Origin: Elusimicrobiota bacterium
Lineage (GTDB): Bacteria > Elusimicrobiota > Elusimicrobia > UBA1565
Direction: 5' to 3'
NCBI GenBank assembly: GCA_043819795.1
Contig: JBDREN010000184.1
Location: forward strand, 1-14,144
Length of the DNA stretch: 14,144 bases
The notes beneath the pieces are model-generated. The model was not told where the DNA came from and did not search any database. It saw nothing but the letters and a program-made list of their open reading frames with translations. How positions within the stretch are numbered: the first letter of the stretch is position 1; each line of letters begins with the position of its first letter. The translations under genes were made by a program, and so were the position numbers. Below, one piece after another: positions 8,184 through 14,144 of the stretch.

Positions 8184-8213
8184 ATTATAGGCATTTGGCG
8201 AGATCAGGGTCAA
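8184..8213 (-). promoter_or_regulatory. Sigma70 promoter of the five-gene sugar operon
   Basis: Minus strand TTGACC (8213-8208), 18 nt spacer, perfect TATAAT (8189-8184). Confidence 0.75.
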
Positions 8214-8363
8214 CGCGGACCCGACGGGCTATGCCGGTTTCCGCGCCCTTTTCTTCTGCTTGAATCCTTGATAATTCGAAGGGATAAGCGCCACAAGACG
8301 AGCTTGCGGCTCTGGATTAACGGGACGAAGGAACCGGGAGCCGCGACATTCGTACGTGTGGGT

Positions 8364-9095
8364 ATGGCCAAGCCCGAGCAGCTGTGGTTGGACTTGGCGC
8401 GCCCGGGCCCTTCCCCGCATCGCGCTCGCGCGCGGGAACGGAACGGCCGGGTCGCGATCGAGGCCGACTATTCGGAGGACGTGTCGGGCATCCCCGCCAT
8501 GCTCGGCCGCGCCGGAGCCTGGGTGCGCCGCTGCCGCCTGCCGGCGGGGGACTATCTTGTGGGGCACCGGTTCCTGGTGGAGCGCAAGGCCGCCGGGGAC
8601 TTCGCGCGGTCGCTTTTCGACGGCAGGCTGCTTGCGCAGCTCCGCTACTTGAAGCGGTCGGTGGTCCCCTGCCTGCTCGTGGTCGAGGGCTGCCCGGGAT
8701 ACTACGAGCGGTTCTGGCCGCCCAAGCTCCGTCCCGTCCTTCTCTCCGCCGCGCTGGACTTCCGGGTGCCCGTGCTGTTCACCCGGCGCCCCGAGGGCAC
8801 CGTCGAGCTCCTGCTCGCGCTGGGCAGGCGCTGCCTGACGTTCCCGGCCGCGGAGTTCTTCGTCCCCGCTCCCCGCAGGAAGCGGCCGGACAAGCGGGAG
8901 CGCGCGTTCGTGGAGTTCTGGCGCGCCCTGGAGTCCATCCCGCTGGTGGGTCCGGCGGCGGCCATGCGTCTGGCGGGCCGCTTCGGAAGCCTGGAGTCGC
9001 TGCGCCGGGCCTCGGTCGCGGAGTTGAGCCGGGTGCGCGGCGTCGGTCCTTTGCGGGCGGGGAACATCCGCGCCGCCCTGCGGGAGAAGTCTTGA
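8364..9095 (+). CDS. ERCC4/XPF-family structure-specific endonuclease with C-terminal tandem helix-hairpin-helix, 243 aa
   Basis: LPAGDYLV...VERKAAGDF (GD-n-ERKxxxD), DGRLLAQL, LLVVEG, then ESIPLVGPAAA...FGSLESLRRASVAELSRVRGVGPLRA. The ATG 8364 start has a weak RBS; the upstream part of ORF 7434-9095 is antisense to the methyltransferase. Confidence 0.85.
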   Translation: MAKPEQLWLDLARPGPSPHRARARERNGRVAIEADYSEDVSGIPAMLGRAGAWVRRCRLPAGDYLVGHRFLVERKAAGDFARSLFDGRLLAQLRYLKRSVVPCLLVVEGCPGYYERFWPPKLRPVLLSAALDFRVPVLFTRRPEGTVELLLALGRRCLTFPAAEFFVPAPRRKRPDKRERAFVEFWRALESIPLVGPAAAMRLAGRFGSLESLRRASVAELSRVRGVGPLRAGNIRAALREKS

Positions 9096-9132
9096 ATTTC
9101 CCGAAAAACCGCGGAATGGTTTTTCGGGAAAT
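9096..9132. terminator. Perfect 15-bp stem-loop, probable terminator
   Basis: ATTTCCCGAAAAACC - GCGGAAT - GGTTTTTCGGGAAAT, beginning immediately after the nuclease TGA, between convergent genes. Confidence 0.7.
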
Positions 9133-9150
9133 CCGCTTCGTTAGGAATCC

Positions 9151-9301
9151 GGCGTCAGGCTGAAACTTATGAGACTTTTAGAATGGGCAGGCGTGGCATG
9201 AGGCGGTCATGCGTTCGTATCGAAAGCCCTCCGGCCCTGCCGCCGGCACGATGCGGATCGGCCCGCGGCGCCATAAGTTTCATAAGTTTCAGCCTGACGC
9301 C
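9151..9301. repeat. 151-bp element bounded by terminal inverted repeats (MITE-like or iteron-like)
   Basis: GGCGTCAGGCTGAAACTTATGA at 9151-9172 and its exact reverse complement at 9280-9301; 26 of 27 match if extended. The arms carry tandem GAAACTTAT-like units. No target-site duplication seen. Confidence 0.65.
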
Positions 9302-9324
9302 AAAAGCCTCTCTTGTTCCCTTCT

Positions 9325-10155
9325 CTACTGCGGCGCCGAGACACAGCCCCCATCAATACATACGAGGTTTCCCGGACATCCGTAGGGGCCGTCGACACCA
9401 CAAGTGCCGTCGCCATAGCAACGGACATTAAAGTATCTGAATTGATACCCGACGCCCCCGATATAACGGGTAGCCGAACCGAGGCATGTGTCGGACATGG
9501 TGGTGCCGTCCCAGGCAGTGCAGGTTTGCTTCACAATATCGTAACCACCGGTGGTAGGGGTTACCGTGCAGTTGTCCGACCCTTCCGATGTGTCCAGCGG
9601 ATCGGTACAGCCTGGGTCCGCCGGGTGGTCGGTCTGGCCGTCTCCGTCGTTGTCCTCCCCGTCCTCGCACTGGCTCTTCTCGATCGGGGCGCACAGGCTC
9701 AAAACCGGATCCCCTTCCGCCCCCGTAACGGCCCAATTGGCGCAAATAGCATCAATCAGGAGATTCAAGGTGGCGTCGTCAAGCAGGCCAGTCGGTCCCA
9801 TGGGGCCCTGGATACCGGGGTCGCCCTTATCGCCTTGGATCCCCTGGTCGCCCTGCGGACCTTGGGGTCCTGGCGTCAATTCTATGTTCTCGATCATCCC
9901 GCGGAGTTCATCGGCAGTTGCCTGAGCAGAATCGGCAGCGGCCTGGGCGGCAGCAGCATCACCCACAGCACCGTTGGCAGTGGCCTGAGCGGCATCGGCA
10001 GCTGCCTGAGCATCGGCAGCATCACTCACAACATCGGATGTCTGTCCTTGGAGTTGCTGGAAGGGCCGGCCTTGCGCGGATTGGGCTTGGGCTATTCCGA
10101 CCAAAGCGAAAGCAAAAAAGCCGGCGGCAATGATCGTCAGGTATTCTTTTTTCAT
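9325..10155 (-). CDS. Secreted protein with Ala-rich coiled coil, short collagen repeat, Ca-binding DxDxDG Cys motif and Cys-rich C-terminus, 276 aa
   Basis: ATG 10155 with AAGGAG RBS. Signal peptide MKKEYLTIIAAGFFAFALVGIAQA; duplicated DAADAQAAADAAQATA-like unit; about 10 Gly-X-Y triplets (GPQGPQGDQGIQGDKGDPGIQGPMGPTGLL); CEDGEDNDGDGQTDHPADPGC; ends CPGNLVCIDGGCVSAPQ. Confidence 0.82.
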   Translation of the reverse strand: MKKEYLTIIAAGFFAFALVGIAQAQSAQGRPFQQLQGQTSDVVSDAADAQAAADAAQATANGAVGDAAAAQAAADSAQATADELRGMIENIELTPGPQGPQGDQGIQGDKGDPGIQGPMGPTGLLDDATLNLLIDAICANWAVTGAEGDPVLSLCAPIEKSQCEDGEDNDGDGQTDHPADPGCTDPLDTSEGSDNCTVTPTTGGYDIVKQTCTAWDGTTMSDTCLGSATRYIGGVGYQFRYFNVRCYGDGTCGVDGPYGCPGNLVCIDGGCVSAPQ

Positions 10156-10314
10156 CTCATCTCCTTGTTCCGACCCTTCTGCGTTTCGAGTGGGTCCCGT
10201 CGGGGAAATGGCTGGCTCCTCCTGTCGACTCAGCCATCCATGCCTAACATCTTGCCACCACGCCGTAAAGGGGTTCGTGTCAAGACGCACGCCCCGACTA
10301 CTATGTTTAGCAGT

Positions 10315-10343
10315 AGTATAACCCCCGTTCGCTGACAATTCAA
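10315..10343 (-). promoter_or_regulatory. Sigma70 promoter for the collagen-like protein gene
   Basis: Minus strand TTGAAT (10343-10338), 17 nt spacer, TATACT (10320-10315). Implies a leader of about 150 nt. Confidence 0.6.
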
Positions 10344-10460
10344 TGACAGCGCCTGACTTTGATGCAGAAAACGGGCTGCTAGCGGGGAGAGTAGACCGGT
10401 TTCAGGCGGACAGTTCTGCTGTCCGGCCTCCCTGCCTTGCTTAGGCCCCCCGGATGGGGG

Positions 10461-11246
10461 CTATACCCCCGAAATCACGGACCCGATATGCTTACCGCCT
10501 TGTAAGCGGAGGCCCGCCAGGTACCACAGGTACTCGACGTTGCCCTTGGGGCCTTTGATCGGGCATGCCATGAGTCCCTTTTCCTCGATTTCGAGCGTCC
10601 GCGCCGCCAGCCTGAGGAGGCCGATCGCCTCCTGGCGGTGCGCCTCTTGGCGGACCACGCCCTTGGGGGCTTTCTTGGGCCCAAGCTCGAACTGAGGCTT
10701 GATGAGGGCGATCACCTCGAAGGGGCGCCTCAGACAGGCCAGGACCGGGGCCAAGACCTTGGCCAGCGAGATGAACGAGACGTCTATGACGGCCAGGTCC
10801 AGGGAGCCGGCGTCCTCCCCGAACAGGGCGGGCGCTAGGTCCCTGGCGTGGGTCCGCTCCATGCCGACGACGCGGGGGTCGGCGCGCAGGCTCGCGTCGA
10901 GCTGGCCGCGGCCCACGTCCACGGCGTAGACCTTCCTCGCGCCTCGCTGGAGCAGACAGTCGGTGAAGCCCCCGGTGGAAGCCCCGACATCGAGGGCGGT
11001 CCGGCCTTCCACGAGCACCGGGAACTCGTCGAGAGCGGCGGCCAGCTTGAGGCCCCCGCGGGAGACGTAGGGAACGGCGTCCGGGACCACCTCCACCCCG
11101 ATGTCCGGAGCTACCCGCATGCCCGCCTTGGGACGGGGATGGCCCTCCACCCGCACCTTCCCGGCCATCAGGGCGGCCTGGGCCTTCGCGCGCGTCGGGA
11201 AAAGACCGCGGTCCACGAGCAGCACGTCGAGCCTTTGCCTCTCCAT
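10461..11246 (-). CDS. tlyA: TlyA family rRNA 2'-O-methyltransferase (S4 + FtsJ domains), 261 aa
   Basis: RLDVLLVDRGL (S4), YVSRGGLKL, LDVGASTGGFTDCLLQRGA, AVDVG, DVSFISL, LIKPQFE and GPKGNVEY. Start is ATG 11246, because ATG 11267 overlaps the -10 box. Confidence 0.93.
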   Translation of the reverse strand: MERQRLDVLLVDRGLFPTRAKAQAALMAGKVRVEGHPRPKAGMRVAPDIGVEVVPDAVPYVSRGGLKLAAALDEFPVLVEGRTALDVGASTGGFTDCLLQRGARKVYAVDVGRGQLDASLRADPRVVGMERTHARDLAPALFGEDAGSLDLAVIDVSFISLAKVLAPVLACLRRPFEVIALIKPQFELGPKKAPKGVVRQEAHRQEAIGLLRLAARTLEIEEKGLMACPIKGPKGNVEYLWYLAGLRLQGGKHIGSVISGV

Positions 11247-11265
11247 CGGGAGCGTATCCAGGGGC

Positions 11266-11295
11266 ATTATGGCCGCAAACGCGGCGGCTTGTCAA
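11266..11295 (-). promoter_or_regulatory. Sigma70 promoter of tlyA
   Basis: Minus strand TTGACA (11295-11290), 18 nt spacer, CATAAT (11271-11266). Confidence 0.7.
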
Positions 11296-11325
11296 CGAAG
11301 CCGTCCGGTCCCCTGTCCGGTCCCC

Positions 11326-11354
11326 TTGACACTGGAAGCGCCGCCCCTTAAACT
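11326..11354 (+). promoter_or_regulatory. Divergent sigma70 promoter for the TPR/membrane-protein operon
   Basis: TTGACA (11326-11331), 17 nt spacer, TAAACT (11349-11354). Confidence 0.72.
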
Positions 11355-11412
11355 AATCATGCTTGAGAGGGCTGCCTGATCGCCGCCGCGGGCAGCCGGG
11401 AAAAGGTGTTGA

Positions 11413-12786
11413 ACTTCAAAGCTTTCCGGTATATGGGCCTCGGGCCTGGCCGTCTGCATCGCGGCGGCCGCCGCGCACGGCCAGCACGGCCGCGAAGGTT
11501 CGGCGGAAGGCCGCTTCCCTCAGGCCGCCGGCCCGGATGCGGACCGCTCCCCATCCGCCACGAACCGGGAGTTTCTGAAAGAGCTGGGGAGGCTTGAACG
11601 AAGATCGAGGGGCGTTCTTCCAGCCGAGCGGGCGGGGCTCGAAAAAACGCGACGGAGCCTGAGCAAGCTTGGCCCGCGTCGGCGTTACGAGTTCCAGCGC
11701 CGTTATCTGGACGCGCTATCCGCGGCCGGACGGATGCGCGAAGCGCGGCGGCAAGGCGACGGCGAGCGCGCGGCGCGGCACGCCCGGGAGCTGGGGAGCC
11801 ACTTCGGCTTCCTCGGGGAGAACTACGGCCTCGTGGGGGGCGGTCTGGTCGCGCTCGAGGTGCGGGAAAGATACGAGGGCCCGGGAGGAGCGGGCGAGGT
11901 GGAGCAGGCCGACGTGGACTACGGCTTCGCGGCCGTCCAGGCTTTCCCGAAGCACGCGGGGGTCTGGCGCGCTCTGGGCGGGATGCTCCGCCGAGCGGGG
12001 AGGCATGAGACGGCGCTGGAGGTGTACCAGGTCGCCGCCGAGCTGGATCCGGCGAGCCTCGAGGCCTACGCGGGCATGGCCGACTCGCGCTATAAGCTGG
12101 GGGACTACGACGGCGCGGTGGAGGACGCCAAGCGGGCGCTCGAGATAGACCCGCGCGACGCCGCGGCCAAGACCCTGCTCAAGCTGGCCGCCAGGCACGG
12201 CGGGACGCCGGGACAGTCCGCCGGCACTCCCGGACAGGCGGCGGCCCGAAGACCGGCGCGGACCGCCGTTCCCGCCGGCCAGGCGCCGGCCGAAGACGCG
12301 ACCCCGGAGCGCGGCCTCCATGTGGGCGCGCCGCCGCCGCCCGGGACTGTCGGGGAGCAGTCGTCGCAGCAGAAACCTGAAGAGGAAAAGCAGGGGATTT
12401 TGAGCCGGACTTTTTATTGGCTGAGGGGCAAGATCAACAGCGCCGAAGAGTTCGGGCTGAAGAAAGTGGATGGACATCTGGACATAGAGCCAGGGGAGCG
12501 ACAAACGGCTTTGCGGGGTGCCGCTCTTGGTGCGAAATACGGCGTGGGCGCGGGGGCTGTGGGGGGCGCCTTCCTCGTCGGGACTTCGTTTTGCGCTCCC
12601 TCGGTCGTCAATCCGGCTCTCTATGTGCCGTGCATCGGTGGAGGGGCGGCCGGAGGCGCGGCCGTGGGCGCACCTCTTGGAGCATATGTGGGAGCCTTTG
12701 CGGGCGTGAGTCTCAAGCGGATTCGGATGTGGCTCGAAGAGGTGCGTGAGGATGTCTTCGGGGGACGGCAAGTCGAAGGAGACTGA
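11413..12786 (+). CDS. TPR-repeat protein with Pro/Ala/Gln linker and C-terminal Gly/Ala-rich hydrophobic (glycine-zipper) domain; start uncertain
   Basis: TPRs: VWRALGGMLRRAGRHETALEVYQVAAELDP and AYAGMADSRYKLGDYDGAVEDAKRALEIDP. The tail has many small-xxx-small motifs. The frame is open from 11413 and encodes a signal-peptide-like stretch, but the first ATG/GTG/TTG is at 11734. Confidence 0.7.
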   Translation, partial: TSKLSGIWASGLAVCIAAAAAHGQHGREGSAEGRFPQAAGPDADRSPSATNREFLKELGRLERRSRGVLPAERAGLEKTRRSLSKLGPRRRYEFQRRYLDALSAAGRMREARRQGDGERAARHARELGSHFGFLGENYGLVGGGLVALEVRERYEGPGGAGEVEQADVDYGFAAVQAFPKHAGVWRALGGMLRRAGRHETALEVYQVAAELDPASLEAYAGMADSRYKLGDYDGAVEDAKRALEIDPRDAAAKTLLKLAARHGGTPGQSAGTPGQAAARRPARTAVPAGQAPAEDATPERGLHVGAPPPPGTVGEQSSQQKPEEEKQGILSRTFYWLRGKINSAEEFGLKKVDGHLDIEPGERQTALRGAALGAKYGVGAGAVGGAFLVGTSFCAPSVVNPALYVPCIGGGAAGGAAVGAPLGAYVGAFAGVSLKRIRMWLEEVREDVFGGRQVEGD

Positions 12787-12787
12787 T

Positions 12788-13264
12788 ATGGAGCAGCGTC
12801 ATGAAGCCGCTATCGCGGCGCCACTTAAGATGCATTCCCTCATCCTGCTCGCGGGGGGAGCTTTGACGCTTGTTCCATTCATGGAATTGTCCATGGGCTG
12901 GTTGTTGGTCCAGGTATTCGGCGTTAAGCTCGGGTGGGGCATTACTTTGGCGTATTATACGTTCGTCACCGGGCAGTTGCTCATCTTCTTGCCGCTCCTG
13001 ACGATACCGCTGTGTTCGCTGTGGGTATATTACCGTGGCGGGGACATTCGGGCCGGACGGAGGTTCTTGGGTCGGGGTTTCCTCCGTTATTTCCCAGCGT
13101 TATTCGGGTTGGGACTACAGATGTATATTGTGGGCATCCATGGGATATACGTTGCCCCCGCCATATTCGGCTCGCTGCTGGTGGGCTACGCGATTTGGCT
13201 ATTGCGTCGAGACCGTGCCGCGATAGACGCCGTCATCGGGGAAGAGAAACCCCATGAGGCATAA
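12788..13264 (+). CDS. Small multi-pass membrane protein, paralog 1 (candidate immunity protein), 158 aa
   Basis: AAGGAGA RBS; ATG 1 nt after the upstream TGA; about 4 hydrophobic segments; motif FLPLLTIPLCSLW...RGFLRYFPALFG...WLLRRDRAA. Confidence 0.8.
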   Translation: MEQRHEAAIAAPLKMHSLILLAGGALTLVPFMELSMGWLLVQVFGVKLGWGITLAYYTFVTGQLLIFLPLLTIPLCSLWVYYRGGDIRAGRRFLGRGFLRYFPALFGLGLQMYIVGIHGIYVAPAIFGSLLVGYAIWLLRRDRAAIDAVIGEEKPHEA

Positions 13265-13316
13265 GATCGTCGTTCTTCTCCCTCTTGCGGTCTTGGCTAA
13301 ATTCCTCGGAGACTGA
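13254..13316 (+). pseudogene. 20-codon mini-ORF MRHKIVVLLPLAVLAKFLGD, probable collapsed remnant of a secreted-protein gene
   Basis: ATG 13254 overlaps the end of paralog 1 after GGGGAAGAG. Signal-peptide-like N-terminus. Ends GGA GAC TGA-N-ATG, the same junction as the TPR gene at 12778-12790. Confidence 0.5.
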
Positions 13317-13317
13317 A

Positions 13318-13764
13318 ATGGATGCCAAGGGCGAGATTTGCGTTCGCAAGACGATGGTTCTTCTTTCATGCATCATCGCCGCTGTCGGAATCCTGACTCT
13401 CAATGCTTATGTTGACCTCATATTGAAGGCGATTTTCAAAGCGGATGTTGAGTGGGCCGCGGCGTGGTCCGCGAGAGCATGGTTCATATCACAGATCATC
13501 ATCTTCCTGCCGATCATGACGGTGCCCGTCTCTGCCTTGTGGGCTTATCGCCGCACTGGTAGTCGCGGCGCGGGCTGGCAGGTCGTTATTCGTGGATTCT
13601 TGCGCTACACACCGGTCCTGGCGGGAGACCTTCTGCAATTGTTTGCCATGCGTTCAAAGCATTCTCTCTTTTCGCCCGGCGTTTTCGGGATCCTGACGAT
13701 TATCTACGCGGGGTGGCTTATCAGAAAGGATCGTGCCGCAGCGGGGGGACATGCAAATCCCTGA
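13318..13764 (+). CDS. Small multi-pass membrane protein, paralog 2, 148 aa
   Basis: GGAGA RBS; ATG 13318; motif FLPIMTVPVSALW...RGFLRYTPVLAG...WLIRKDRAA aligns with paralog 1. Confidence 0.8.
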   Translation: MDAKGEICVRKTMVLLSCIIAAVGILTLNAYVDLILKAIFKADVEWAAAWSARAWFISQIIIFLPIMTVPVSALWAYRRTGSRGAGWQVVIRGFLRYTPVLAGDLLQLFAMRSKHSLFSPGVFGILTIIYAGWLIRKDRAAAGGHANP

Positions 13765-14144
13765 GCAGACGGATCAAGGCAGAGTCACGAGGCTTCACTC
13801 CATCCTGTTCTTGTCGGCGGGCATAGGATTGGCGATGCCGTTCGTCTTGATGGTGGCCTTGGGCCTGCTGGGGCGCGTGGTTGCCTTCGACCTCGGGCCG
13901 GCGATGACCTTGCTTGCCGGCGTGTGGCTGGTGGGCGAAGGGCTCTTGGGGCTTCCGTTGCTGACGATACCGGTGTGCGCCTTGTGGGTCTCGCATCGCA
14001 GTCAAAGCCGGGAATCTAGCCCCCAAATCGTATGGCGACTTTCTAAGAGGTATGCGCCCGTGTTGGTGGGTTTTGTCGTCCAGTTTCCCTTTCTTGCCCG
14101 AAAGGCGCCCATGTTTATGGCCTGCGCGGTCTTGGGCGTTCTGG
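13751..14144 (+). CDS. Small multi-pass membrane protein, paralog 3, 3' truncated by the window edge (absent from the ORF track)
   Basis: GGGGGA RBS; ATG 13751 overlaps paralog 2 by 14 nt. Manual translation MQIPEQTDQGRVTRLHSILFLSAGIGLAMPF...GLPLLTIPVCALW...KRYAPVLVGFVVQ... is open to the window end. Confidence 0.8.
   Translation, partial: MQIPEQTDQGRVTRLHSILFLSAGIGLAMPFVLMVALGLLGRVVAFDLGPAMTLLAGVWLVGEGLLGLPLLTIPVCALWVSHRSQSRESSPQIVWRLSKRYAPVLVGFVVQFPFLARKAPMFMACAVLGVL

Noticed and set aside
7434..8363. N-terminal half of the 553-aa ORF as a possible domain fused to the ERCC4 nuclease
   Set aside because: Antisense to the methyltransferase and crosses its promoter; no helicase motifs, so this is not a Hef-type fusion.
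9096..9301. CRISPR array, integron attC or tRNA in the repeat-rich intergenic region
   Set aside because: Only inverted repeats are present; no regularly spaced direct repeats, RYYYAAC...GTTRRRY arrangement or cloverleaf was found.
9313..10335. 340-aa plus-strand ORF with apparent internal repeats
   Set aside because: Mirror of the minus-strand gene, which has the RBS, signal peptide and collagen motif.
10461..11246. tlyA as a hemolysin/toxin linked to the neighbouring toxin-like operon
   Set aside because: The sequence is an ordinary S4-FtsJ rRNA methyltransferase with its own divergent promoter; the adjacency is probably incidental.
11359..11412. TGA recoding that would join ATG 11359 to the TPR frame through two TGAs
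   Set aside because: TGA clearly acts as stop elsewhere in the window (ATGA coupling at 2341-2344; stops at 4031-4033, 9093-9095 and 12784-12786).
11716..12771. 351-aa minus-strand ORF
   Set aside because: Antisense shadow of the TPR gene; no motifs.

Overview
High-GC bacterial chromosomal window; gene style is loosely Elusimicrobiota-like, but that is only a guess. From left to right: the 3' part of an oligopeptidase B gene, two tandem paralogous stand-alone receiver genes, and a tightly coupled minus-strand five-gene operon (Zn-ribbon SAM methyltransferase, short NeuB-type synthase, DegT aminotransferase, Fe-containing alcohol dehydrogenase, NeuA-HAD phosphatase fusion). Next come an ERCC4/XPF nuclease-(HhH)2 gene, a terminator, a 151-bp inverted-repeat element, a lower-GC secreted collagen/Cys-rich protein gene and tlyA. 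The window ends with a divergent operon: a TPR protein with a C-terminal glycine-zipper hairpin followed by at least three paralogous small membrane proteins. Three leads stand out, all hypotheses from motifs and gene context: (1) a candidate polymorphic toxin/immunity array with an internal GC step and a 20-codon collapsed-gene remnant; (2) a KDN-type pathway joined to KdnA/KdnB-like enzymes, predicting an amino (possibly methylated) nonulosonic acid; (3) an archaeal-architecture XPF nuclease with a bacterial beta-clamp-like motif.
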